From a virus (lineage: Duplodnaviria; Caudoviricetes), in IMG/VR virus record IMGVR_UViG_3300020137_000003, positions 1-44,424 of that record: a stretch of 44,424 bases of DNA. One strand, 5' to 3'. The notes under the pieces are model-generated. The model was not told the DNA's origin and made no database searches. It worked only from the letters and a program-made list of their open reading frames with translations. The translations under genes and the position numbers were made by a program. Of the stretch, positions 19,201-27,296 are shown in pieces. The number at the start of each line of letters is the position of its first letter. Positions within the stretch are counted from its first letter, which is position 1.

Positions 19201-21798
19201 ACGGGCGCTTTCGTGGAAGGGCAAAAGGTAGAGGCGCTTCTTGATACTGAGAAGTTGGTCAAGGAAGCCGCTACAGATCCTTCCGTCGTGGAGGTAGCCT
19301 CCAACGTTACGCGAGAGAAGATCGGAGAGATTATCTCTGAGACTGATCTTGCAGTGGCAGAAAGCATCCGACGTGCGGCTAATCACGCAGACGAAGCGTT
19401 TACGCCTAAGTCGCGTGCAGCCAATCTTGCGGATAAGCAAAAGACCTACAGCAAGATGGTTGATGAGTCTTTGCGAGAGGCTGACTTCCGAATCATCAAC
19501 GATTTGGACGAGATCTCAAACATCGCAATGCAGACGGGCATTGGACGAACGCTAGACAAGTTCTTCAACACGTTTGCAGCACACTACGGCAACGCCACCG
19601 TCCACGAAATTATTCACGCCAGCGGCAATGTCGGATCGGTTTACTCGCACCACGTGGCTCGCAGTCTTAACCAGGCAGAAGAAGTTGTCCGCAAGATTGC
19701 AAAGGAAAGGGGTCTGCCGCCAAAGGAGCGCAAGATCGTTGCGCAGGAGGCGTACCAAGCAATTATTGATGACAGCGTGCATCTTCTTAGCCCTGAAATG
19801 AAGGACCTGGCACAGCGGCTTCGTGCTCAGATGGACCACATGTTCGGGCTCCAAACTCCGAACGGGACCAAGAGCACCCTGTCGCTGTTCGTCGAGCAGG
19901 GCTGGGACATTGATCGAATCAATGAAAAGTTGGCCCAGGGCCGGTTCGGGCTTCCCGAAGAAGTTCGTGTGCGTGCGACAGAAACTGTTAAGGTTGGCCG
20001 GAACACTGTTACTCGAAAGTTGACGCCGCAGGAAGTCTCGGACCAGTGGAAGGTATGGAAGATCGACGACCCTGTCGACTTCCTTCACCGAATGCACCGA
20101 GTTACAGCAGAACTTGCGACAGAGGCATCTATCTCTCGCGAGTTTTACCGTATGGCAACTTCTCGGGGACTGGCAAGCACTAAGGCACGGCCCGGTTTCG
20201 TCGGGCTTGATCGCAGCAAGTTGCAAGACAGCCAGATTATCCGGTATCTTCCCAAGGGCGCGGGCGATAAGGTCTACGTTCACAAGGATTTGGTCCCGGA
20301 GATTGCCAGGATGGACGACCTGTTTAAGCGGGTCGACAGCAAGAACCCTGGGTTTGACAACTTCCTCCGGAACAAGTTGGACCCGATTCTGGCGATGTGG
20401 AAGGCCGGAATGACCTTCTGGCGCCCGGGGCACCACGCTCGTAACATGGCTAGCGACATTATGATGAATCACCTTGTCTCTGGCGTTTCAAACCCTGTAT
20501 ACTACGCCAAGGCAGTTAAGATGCTTGCTGCGAAGCAAAACTCTCTTGGCCGAACTCTTCGTGGAAGTTACGGGGAATGGGACGCTTTGGCAGCCCTGCA
20601 AGGAATTTCTCGGGACGCTGAGCAACTTAAGTTCGGCGCGGGTTCGTCTAAGGAAATTTTGGACGCGCTTAAGGCGGGAGACGGTGCGAGTAAGAAGATT
20701 GCCACCGCGAACATCGGTAAGCAGAAGGTAGACGTTTCGGAAAATGAAGTGTTCCTTGGCTTGATGAATCGTGGGGCTCTGCCCGACGCTCGTCGAAGCG
20801 AGGACATTATCGAAGTTGCAGAAACTTCCGAGAACCTTGCTAAGCAGATCGGTGCACGTACGGGCTGGGCGGGCAGTGCAGGCCAGGCAGCAATGAAGAA
20901 GGCACATAACGGGCTGGCTAATTTCACAGAAGGACGCGATGACCTGGTCCGTCTTGCACACGCTCTGCACCTTATCGAGAATGGGATTGACGGAAAGAAG
21001 AGTTGGAATACCTTCTCTGAAATGATGGACGACGTTGCCGCGAAGTTGCGCAAGACGCACCCTGATGGGTCGGACCTTACGCAAGTAGAGAAGAACGTTT
21101 TCCGTCGAATCTTCCCGTTCTACTCCTGGACTCGAAAGGCGATCCCGCTCGTCATCGAGAACACGCTCACTCACCCGGGGCGTTTCCTTATGTACCCGAA
21201 GGCTCTTTATAGTTTTAGCGAAGCCAACGGGGTCGATTTGGACTCCATGTCGCACCCGTTCCCCGATGCAATCTTCCCTGATTTCATTGAGGACAAGGCG
21301 ACAGGGATTCTCGGGCAAGGGTCCGATCAGCGATATTGGTCCGCTGACTTTGGTCACCCTGCTTTCGACCTTGGTAATGACTTCCTGTCAGGTCAAGGGC
21401 CTGTCGGAAGCGGGTACGGGAGTTCTATTGCAAGTGGCCTGCTTGGGATGCTTAATCCGGCGGCTAAGATTCCTGTCGAATTGCTGACCAAGAAGCAACT
21501 TGATACGGGTATTCCTATTACAGATACCTCTGATTACGTAGACAGTCAAGTTCCTGGCTTGAACACTCTGAACAGCATCTTTGGCATTTCGCCGAGCAGC
21601 GTCGGAGAGAATCTTGCACAGGGTAGACTTGGGGTAGACGCCTCCCGACAGGTTGAAAAGGGTACGCGAGGCGGGGTAAAGGAGAATCCAGAGTATCTCT
21701 TGAACTACTTGTTCGGGATGCGACTTCTGGACGCTAGCAAGCCTAACTACGTGACCCTTGGCCGAATGCAGCGAATCGGGATGGACAATGCCAACTAA
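16264..21798 (+). CDS. large internal virion (ejection) protein, 1844 aa
   Basis: size and position equivalent to T7 gp16; C-terminal PGHHARN...FRRIFPFYSW...LNP..KIPVE pattern typical of large podovirus ejection proteins. Confidence 0.7.
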   Translation: MANPAARYADALRAKYAREREARRQTTSLPLQQPNFYANTSAAAPLAPAQPKLSGFQKIVDVIGQSGYAMTETYKEAISDIMRDNNTSSPSAGQLAIGALKHVLNPADNFAVNYFSNFGTHNDKESIQDILRGDKDLVNDIYADAGRKTRVTKDVGALAANENDNLAQKILKGVAGFAADVAFDPLTYVPGGAVVKVGKYAAKGASKIPGVTAAVDAAKATKVGEDLANISRKFKGVSPETAAKVQSEVHNVAEANLGARNPFSSNFKASTNADFKARVNAEDKLKAGVEEGTEELSEALDDLVPAGASKNFESPALRFAENTSRKTTPSSPLYGEDLLTRLKERPFVKDAPASATPKKADEIEEAVVKEVSDEELNAAFDASISISPELRAKITSAPQLVAAIAANTPEVIQGLKLSAEAVNRAGRFLPLLVKMNKGVKLTPIETQRAKSLGKDFQEMFQKFQGEGPGTPVAAAASERPAEALAARLATGRRAAAESARAERAAGESTVSQVRRARAATASARRLSGAAAAAWIRKSRELGLSDEDILRLTSQLTSAEYRKALRAISRKRTPGSKIPKHFQFSAREGVSNTAKNFSPEELLASKAATSPVIQAMDEVTSVPDLIKRHSLGGLDEEALASVARGDHLSPELNTIVDDLLKKQGFKGATEELPFVSATGTRRSAQSLGEGVGKNISYNAPAQMDVLGSLLSRHAGEIAAFRKQSRAKFATKGPNGGPSTRWKIEVGEFIYNKIMPDLVGIENRLEAMGVHSIASAGKEGVPLSLSQLYSALHEDSLGRAVLFGRVLDNFGFKVYSNSKGIPTVKAAGQEGIADSDSLLKLAAKFVDAAASGDLSKIEKVDDLIPDAVKQISKSDIEDAVRGVHEGPQGKTVRNIGIVEKGKRKSLSQVGKERGYADEWALLQEGEVINDVAAAFGSPKVLAALFASANENAARIGIQFARNVRSASDEVVEKIAKTITDDTGAFVEGQKVEALLDTEKLVKEAATDPSVVEVASNVTREKIGEIISETDLAVAESIRRAANHADEAFTPKSRAANLADKQKTYSKMVDESLREADFRIINDLDEISNIAMQTGIGRTLDKFFNTFAAHYGNATVHEIIHASGNVGSVYSHHVARSLNQAEEVVRKIAKERGLPPKERKIVAQEAYQAIIDDSVHLLSPEMKDLAQRLRAQMDHMFGLQTPNGTKSTLSLFVEQGWDIDRINEKLAQGRFGLPEEVRVRATETVKVGRNTVTRKLTPQEVSDQWKVWKIDDPVDFLHRMHRVTAELATEASISREFYRMATSRGLASTKARPGFVGLDRSKLQDSQIIRYLPKGAGDKVYVHKDLVPEIARMDDLFKRVDSKNPGFDNFLRNKLDPILAMWKAGMTFWRPGHHARNMASDIMMNHLVSGVSNPVYYAKAVKMLAAKQNSLGRTLRGSYGEWDALAALQGISRDAEQLKFGAGSSKEILDALKAGDGASKKIATANIGKQKVDVSENEVFLGLMNRGALPDARRSEDIIEVAETSENLAKQIGARTGWAGSAGQAAMKKAHNGLANFTEGRDDLVRLAHALHLIENGIDGKKSWNTFSEMMDDVAAKLRKTHPDGSDLTQVEKNVFRRIFPFYSWTRKAIPLVIENTLTHPGRFLMYPKALYSFSEANGVDLDSMSHPFPDAIFPDFIEDKATGILGQGSDQRYWSADFGHPAFDLGNDFLSGQGPVGSGYGSSIASGLLGMLNPAAKIPVELLTKKQLDTGIPITDTSDYVDSQVPGLNTLNSIFGISPSSVGENLAQGRLGVDASRQVEKGTRGGVKENPEYLLNYLFGMRLLDASKPNYVTLGRMQRIGMDNAN

Positions 21799-22609
21799 TT
21801 ACGCCTTCGGGGCAGGGCGGATTGCACAAATCCGCCCTGCTTCGGCGGGTGCTATTAGTCCTAGTCTGTCACCTTTGACGACTAGCAGAATCAATAACAC
21901 CGCGCCTAGTAAGATTGTGGCACGTGCTTCTGCTACTAGTTCCCCGCTGCAATCTTCCGATCCCACTATCAGCAATCAAAGATCACAGAACGCATCTGCC
22001 AATCTTTTTGGACAGAATGCCACCGCTACGCGACAGGCAATCGAACAGAAGAAGCAAGCCGCAGAAGAAGCCCGTCGCAAGGCCGAAGAAGAAGCAAAGC
22101 GAAAGGCCGCAGAAGAGGAAGCCCGTAAGAAGGCGGAAGAAACGGCCCGGATTCAAGCACAACAACAGCAGTACGGCTATTCGGGCCAGATGCCTAATAC
22201 TGGTGCTACGGGTGCACGAGCGCAACTAATTAGCGCGGCAGAGTCGTTGCTCGGCACACCTTATGCCTGGGGAGGTGGCGGATATGGTGTCCGTTCTTCT
22301 CGGGGCGTGGGTATGGGCACACAGAATGTCATCGGTGTTGACTGTTCAGGACTTACGTCCTATGCGTACAGCACTCTCGGCATTAGGCTTCCTCGAACAG
22401 CACGGCAGCAGGGAACGATTGGGTATCGTACGGCTGTCAGGAACTTGCAGCCAGGTGACCTAGTTGTTTACACAAACGGCAAGCACGTAATGATGTACCT
22501 AGGCAACGGGCAAGTTATTGAATCGCCCAAGCCAGGTGGTCGGGTGCGCATTCGATCCCTCGGAAACGAGAGCGTCTTTGGCGTACACATTAACCTTCCG
22601 GGGGAATGA
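21788..22609 (+). CDS. NlpC/P60 peptidoglycan peptidase, probably virion-associated
   Basis: GTPYAWGG...DCSGLT...HVMMYLG..QVIESP (Cys-His-Glu, RipA-like); EEARRKA-type charged helical linker. Confidence 0.9.
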   Translation: MPTNYAFGAGRIAQIRPASAGAISPSLSPLTTSRINNTAPSKIVARASATSSPLQSSDPTISNQRSQNASANLFGQNATATRQAIEQKKQAAEEARRKAEEEAKRKAAEEEARKKAEETARIQAQQQQYGYSGQMPNTGATGARAQLISAAESLLGTPYAWGGGGYGVRSSRGVGMGTQNVIGVDCSGLTSYAYSTLGIRLPRTARQQGTIGYRTAVRNLQPGDLVVYTNGKHVMMYLGNGQVIESPKPGGRVRIRSLGNESVFGVHINLPGE

Positions 22610-22863
22610 TGAGTTTGTTCGGGGTTACAATCCCCATTGATGCAGGACCTACTGCACTTGTTATCCTTGTAGTTATCGCTTTGCTTACAGGGATACTGAT
22701 GCCCCGCTGGCTAGTTAACAGGATGCTTCAAGAGAAGGATCAAATTATCCAGCACTTGACTGAGAGACTTGAGGAAACTAAGGTCTTGCAGCCTCTGCTC
22801 GAAAAGGTTTTGGCCGCGCTCGTTGACGATCCTAAGAAAAAGGACGAACATGAGCACTCTTAG
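22606..22863 (+). CDS. single-TM membrane protein (lysis cassette)
   Basis: hydrophobic N-terminal helix plus coiled coil. Confidence 0.7.
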   Translation: MMSLFGVTIPIDAGPTALVILVVIALLTGILMPRWLVNRMLQEKDQIIQHLTERLEETKVLQPLLEKVLAALVDDPKKKDEHEHS

Positions 22864-23047
22864 AAGGGCCTTTGGTTGGACACCGCTGGTACGCTACATT
22901 AAGCGCGTAGAGCGCGGGTCACAAATCCAAAGGGACCGCGTCAATAAGGCTGAGCCCAATCGGGACGGGCTACGCTTCCTGTCGCAGATGTTCGAGGACA
23001 ACCACATTAGTGCCAAGGTTGCAGCGTATCTTGGAGGGAGACAATGA
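22850..23047 (+). CDS. small hypothetical protein (lysis cassette)
   Basis: AAGGA SD and ATG 22850; overlaps both neighbours. Confidence 0.65.
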   Translation: MSTLRRAFGWTPLVRYIKRVERGSQIQRDRVNKAEPNRDGLRFLSQMFEDNHISAKVAAYLGGRQ

Positions 23048-23364
23048 CAGAAAGAACACTCCTAGAAATTGTCATTCTCATGGCGACCATCTTTTTCTTC
23101 TTGTCTACTTTGTTGTATAGTTTCACCACGTGGTACAAGACGATAATGGGTCGTGGGCTATTCTTCGTCCTGTCGAACTTTACGCTGGCACTAATTCTCA
23201 TCAGTTCGGGATACTTCACCGCAGATGCTTTTGTATTCCGAGACGCATTCAGGGTAGTGGTGTACCTGCTTACCCTTATCAATGGAGTCACGATTTTTGT
23301 TGCAGTTGTGACGCTACAGTTCAGTGGGAGTAGGAATGTCAGAGCAGACCAACGAGACGCCTAA
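23044..23364 (+). CDS. three-TM membrane protein, holin-like
   Basis: GGAGG SD; three hydrophobic helices. Confidence 0.65.
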   Translation: MTERTLLEIVILMATIFFFLSTLLYSFTTWYKTIMGRGLFFVLSNFTLALILISSGYFTADAFVFRDAFRVVVYLLTLINGVTIFVAVVTLQFSGSRNVRADQRDA

Positions 23365-23554
23365 CTTGAAGTCCACAAAGGCTTGGGTGGGCGGAGCACT
23401 TTCCGGAATTATTGCCTTCGGGTCCTCCTTGCAGACCGCACTTCAAGATAACTCGATCACTTCTAGTGAGTGGACGGGCGCTATTCTTGCAGGGCTTATC
23501 GCCTTTGGGGCGGTCACCGGACTTGTCTGGCGAGTTCCAAATAATCCCAAGTAG
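23336..23554 (+). CDS. two-TM holin
   Basis: KAWVGG...ITSSEW...VWRVPN pattern typical of actinophage holins. Confidence 0.7.
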   Translation: MSEQTNETPNLKSTKAWVGGALSGIIAFGSSLQTALQDNSITSSEWTGAILAGLIAFGAVTGLVWRVPNNPK

Positions 23555-23555
23555 C

Positions 23556-23597
23556 AAAAAGAAAGCCCCTCAGGCCAGTGGCCTGAGGGGCTTTCTT
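23556..23597. terminator. bidirectional intrinsic terminator
   Basis: inverted repeat AAGAAAGCCCCTCAGGCCA / TGGCCTGAGGGGCTTTCTT with T-rich runs on both strands. Confidence 0.9.
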
Positions 23598-23601
23598 GCG
23601 T

Positions 23602-23630
23602 TTGACAACCAACCTGCTAGGTGGCACCAT
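23602..23630 (+). promoter_or_regulatory. promoter TTGACA-N17-CACCAT for leaderless whiB
   Basis: ATG 23637 lies 6 nt after the -10; no SD. Confidence 0.65.
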
Positions 23631-23636
23631 GTAGCC

Positions 23637-24077
23637 ATGACACAGCGTATCCGTGCCCGTTGGGCGGCTGAGGGTGCCTGCAAGGGCGACCCTGGCTTCA
23701 CTGAGGACTCTATCGGCAAGATTATGGCAGCACGGCTCAAGACCGTTTGTGCACATTGCCCTGTATTGCAGGAGTGTCGTGCATATGCCACGGTGCATGA
23801 GACTCATGGTTTTTGGGCCGGGCTTACTGCGAAGGAGTTGAAGAAGGCTAGAAGTCAAACACTGGTAACTCTAGGTTACCAAGCATTTGCAGAGGGCTGG
23901 TTGGAGACTCCAAATCTTCTGTCACCGTCGCAACTTCGGGAGTTTGAGAAGATTGCGGCGATGAAGTCTGGTTCGACACGTTGGTCTCGCGTTCGAGAAC
24001 TACAGAGTCAGTCTCTGGAAGATTTTCAAATTCCTCATCTGACAGAAGAGTTTCGTATTGTTCTACCAAGTGCTTAG
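23637..24077 (+). CDS. whiB: WhiB-family transcription factor
   Basis: W...GAC...CAHCPVLQEC...GFWAG: four Cys plus the G[VIF]W[GA]G turn. Confidence 0.9.
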   Translation: MTQRIRARWAAEGACKGDPGFTEDSIGKIMAARLKTVCAHCPVLQECRAYATVHETHGFWAGLTAKELKKARSQTLVTLGYQAFAEGWLETPNLLSPSQLREFEKIAAMKSGSTRWSRVRELQSQSLEDFQIPHLTEEFRIVLPSA

Positions 24078-24474
24078 CCCAGCCGTACAGCCTCTTTGTC
24101 ATCTCACTGGAAACTATCCCAATATCCTCGTACTCCCAAAAGGACGCAGGAGGCTTTAGCTTTGCTGGATCAATCTTGAACCGGTCAATAAACTCCAGTG
24201 TTCTGCACCTGTCGCTACAGAATTGATGGTAGCAATATGTGGTGATGTACTGCTCACCACAGTACATGCACAACTTCATAGTCGAAGCATGAGCATGGTG
24301 CAGGGAGTTAATGATGACTTCCAGCGCGTTAGAGTTCGCCTTTTTCTTTACCTCCTTTTCTGCGGCAATCTCATCAGCATGGACAATGGCGTCTGTGTCA
24401 AGGCTCTGGCCGTACCGCTCCATGATCTTTGCGGCATCGGCCAGAGCCTTTTCCAAAGCACTAGGCTTTGGCAT
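23848..24474 (-). CDS. hypothetical zinc-finger protein
   Basis: CMYC...FCSDRC motif; AAGGAGG SD; 3' end overlaps whiB in antisense. Confidence 0.75.
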   Translation of the reverse strand: MPKPSALEKALADAAKIMERYGQSLDTDAIVHADEIAAEKEVKKKANSNALEVIINSLHHAHASTMKLCMYCGEQYITTYCYHQFCSDRCRTLEFIDRFKIDPAKLKPPASFWEYEDIGIVSSEMTKRLYGWAKHLVEQYETLLSDEEFENLPETDSVVLERETNVSNQTSSPQSSQTPEVATVTEDLESPTSPLQMLGNLELPVFDF

Positions 24475-24485
24475 CCTTTGCCTCC

Positions 24486-24677
24486 TTAGCCTTCGGTCTT
24501 TTCAACTATGAAAGCCAACTGCTGCCCCAGCATCGACATTTGATGCCGAATGGTCTCCCCTGTCAAAGTAGCGACAGGGAACTCTCGGGAAGCGACGAAT
24601 CCCGGGGCGTCTCCTTCGATGCGCTTGAGAGTTACATGGAGTCGAAAGACCTCAGTGTTCTGCGAGTCCTGTGACAT
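24486..24677 (-). CDS. hypothetical protein, 63 aa
   Basis: ATG 24677; tiles between neighbours. Confidence 0.6.
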   Translation of the reverse strand: MSQDSQNTEVFRLHVTLKRIEGDAPGFVASREFPVATLTGETIRHQMSMLGQQLAFIVEKTEG

Positions 24678-25086
24678 TGCTCTTGATTCTCCCGTTCTTG
24701 TATGCGAAGTAAAAGCCGTGCAGGAAAGCGTCCCACTGGTGAGACTGAGAGTGCTGAGAAGGCATCTTGATCTTGGACCAGCGAAGCGCAATGGGCTTAA
24801 TGTCGGGCGCCTGCTCAATAAGCGCCTTCACCTTAAGCCGAGCAGCCATCATTTTGATGACACCAATCGCCTGGCTAACTTTCATCTTAGAGCCGGTTTG
24901 CTGCATCGCCTTCTGTCGAAAAACGATAAACTTCTCGTAACCAATAATGTCAACCGGCTCTTCGTAGTTTGCAGCCCACTGGATCAGTTCGTCTAGCGAG
25001 AGTTGCATCAACTTTTCGATGCCCCAATCTTCATCAAAGACGCAGATGCCTGTCGTGTCTCCTGGGTCAAAGAAGATCTTCTTCAT
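24652..25086 (-). CDS. RuvC-like Holliday junction resolvase
   Basis: FFDPGDTTG...IIGYE...HQWDA RNase H-fold catalytic motifs. Confidence 0.8.
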   Translation of the reverse strand: MKKIFFDPGDTTGICVFDEDWGIEKLMQLSLDELIQWAANYEEPVDIIGYEKFIVFRQKAMQQTGSKMKVSQAIGVIKMMAARLKVKALIEQAPDIKPIALRWSKIKMPSQHSQSHQWDAFLHGFYFAYKNGRIKSNVTGLAEH

Positions 25087-25482
25087 TTAGAACTGCTTTC
25101 CGTGCTTATACGGACGAGAGTTGTTGTAGACCAACTTCACGTACAGCATGTCATCGATGCTTCGCGGAAGTTGGTCGCTAACCGACCCCAGGAAGTCCAG
25201 AATACGAATCGCTGCATCCAGAAGTTCAACAGCCCAGCCCTCGGGCTTACCCTCTACGGTATAGAAGGGCTTGCTGTCGCTCTTTCGGAATTCTTCCAGC
25301 GCTTCTGACAACTCGGAGTGCATGAGAGCAATCGCCTCGGCAGGGGATCGCTTGTCATCCCAAAAGCCATGCTCTACGTTCATCCGGTTAATCAAGGACG
25401 CAATTCGCTGAAGTGAAAAGTCCGAACCCTCCACCGCGTAGACTGTGTCAAAAATATCCATCTCTGTAAGATGCTTCGTCAT
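25087..25482 (-). CDS. MazG-like nucleotide pyrophosphohydrolase
   Basis: HSELSEALEE...ELLDAAIRILD...N.SRPYKHGK. Confidence 0.85.
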   Translation of the reverse strand: MTKHLTEMDIFDTVYAVEGSDFSLQRIASLINRMNVEHGFWDDKRSPAEAIALMHSELSEALEEFRKSDSKPFYTVEGKPEGWAVELLDAAIRILDFLGSVSDQLPRSIDDMLYVKLVYNNSRPYKHGKQF

Positions 25483-25484
25483 GC

Positions 25485-27296
25485 TTAGCCCTTTCCAAAT
25501 CGGTGAACATCGACAGCAAACTTGACGCCGAAGTCCATTACATTCTCATTAATTGAAGCCATTGTACTTTGGATGATAGGCAACCACTTATCCTGGGTAC
25601 CCTTCTTGATCTCAAAGATCACTGAGTCGTGAACCTGCAGGAGCATTCGCACTTCTCCGTTGGACTTCTGATCGACAGTGTCGAAGAGCAAAATCATGAT
25701 TCGCTCTACGATATCCGCAGCACCTCCCTGGATAAGAGAGTTAAACGCCTTGTGGTTCTCTTCCTTTGGGTTACGGAAGTGCCTATAGCGGCCCGACCAC
25801 AACCTGATCTTCCGGGTGCTCCATACTCTTTCCTTAGCGGCTTCGCTTACTGCTCGAAAACGAGGGTACGTAAGATAGTACCTGTCGATCAAGCCCTTTG
25901 CAGCCGCTTCTGTTACGCCGAACACTGTCGCAATTCGCTTGGCTCCCGCGCCATACTGCACAGAGTAGACAAAACCCTTGGTTTGCTGTCGCTCCCAGCC
26001 AAGTGTCTTAGACATTTCTGTGAAGATATCTCTATCTTCCTCGAACACTTGGATAAGATCTGGCTCCTTCGCGTAGGCAGTGCCTAGACGAAGCTCCAAC
26101 TGAGAGTAGTCTGCCTCCCAAAGTTCGTATCCCTCAGATGCCTCGAAGCACTCCTTAACACGACCGTTCCATTCCTTGTTGGACACTCGCGGAATTTGCT
26201 GCAAGTTGGGGTCCTGACACGAAAGTCGGCCTGTGACAGTTCCGCCTTCGTCAGCGTCTTTGTGGTGCTTGTAGGACGGACGAAGTTTTCCATCCGGGCT
26301 TCGCAACTCAAGGTAGGGAACGTAGAATAGCCCTCTTGCATGCTTCCAGCCCCGATATGCCTTAATGTACTTGGCCTCGGGAGAGTTCCGCTGCTCAAGA
26401 ATCTGATCGTAAACTCCCATAGCCTCCTTGTCAAAGGAGGGCTTACCGGTCTTAGGGGATGACTTGACGACGGGCAGCCCCATGCGATTCAGAAGCAAGT
26501 CTGCCAATTGCGCAGGCTTGCCCGGGTCGCATCCAAGAAGTTCCTGGTAGTCCTGAATTGCCTGTTCCGAAGAATCAATGAGCCGCTTGACTAGTTCAAC
26601 ATTGACTCCGATTCCTCGGCTCTCCATCTCGATAACGACCTCAACAAGACGCGCCTTATGCGGCCAGTACTCGTTAAGTTCTTCCTGCTTAAACAGCGGC
26701 CAGAGTGCCTCTCGCAGAAGATACGTAACCTTAGTGTCTTGGCACGCATAATCGAACATCAGATGCGAGGGAACATAACCCCAGCCAAGACCCTTAGCGT
26801 CAGTAATCGCCGCAAGTTCGGCGGGCTTTTCCTTAAGTTCAGTACCCTTGAGATAGTGCTTAGCACAGTCATCCAGCGACTTTGAGTATGGGTAGTTCTC
26901 ATTAATCAAGTGCGCCCAAATAGCCGTACAAATCCAAGAACCTGTCCGAACGTTGATGCCCAGGTTCCGAAGCGCAACCAAGTCAAACTTGGCATTGTGC
27001 ATCGTCACTGTCGGAGCAGTTTCGATTAGACTCTGCAATCGGTATAGCGTGGTATCCGGGTAATTAGTTCCGTACTTATGGCGGAAAGGGAAGTAGAAAG
27101 ACTTTAGTTCCCTAGTCGCTGGACTACGAAAAGAGACAGAAACTCCCTGGGTATAGTCCCTGCCGTCTCGAATCAGAAGCCCTGTCGTCTCAGTATCAAC
27201 AGCAAGGTCAAGCCCTGTCGCTTCTGTGATAAAGTCGTTCGCCTCAGAAACTGAGGGAACCTCCGTTCTCAGAGGGAGGTTTGCCAAAACTACCAA
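25485..27296 (-). CDS. polA: family A DNA polymerase with 3'-5' exonuclease
   Basis: DTETTG, HNAKFD, YACQD exonuclease motifs; TGRLSC.DPNLQQIP, DYSQLELR, RQQTKGFVYSVQYG, VHDS; start codon uncertain. Confidence 0.95.
   Translation of the reverse strand: MVVLANLPLRTEVPSVSEANDFITEATGLDLAVDTETTGLLIRDGRDYTQGVSVSFRSPATRELKSFYFPFRHKYGTNYPDTTLYRLQSLIETAPTVTMHNAKFDLVALRNLGINVRTGSWICTAIWAHLINENYPYSKSLDDCAKHYLKGTELKEKPAELAAITDAKGLGWGYVPSHLMFDYACQDTKVTYLLREALWPLFKQEELNEYWPHKARLVEVVIEMESRGIGVNVELVKRLIDSSEQAIQDYQELLGCDPGKPAQLADLLLNRMGLPVVKSSPKTGKPSFDKEAMGVYDQILEQRNSPEAKYIKAYRGWKHARGLFYVPYLELRSPDGKLRPSYKHHKDADEGGTVTGRLSCQDPNLQQIPRVSNKEWNGRVKECFEASEGYELWEADYSQLELRLGTAYAKEPDLIQVFEEDRDIFTEMSKTLGWERQQTKGFVYSVQYGAGAKRIATVFGVTEAAAKGLIDRYYLTYPRFRAVSEAAKERVWSTRKIRLWSGRYRHFRNPKEENHKAFNSLIQGGAADIVERIMILLFDTVDQKSNGEVRMLLQVHDSVIFEIKKGTQDKWLPIIQSTMASINENVMDFGVKFAVDVHRFGKG

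Noticed and set aside
23412-23636. N-terminal extension of the whiB ORF in the ORF track
   Set aside because: It spans the holin and terminator; the promoter position indicates a start at 23637
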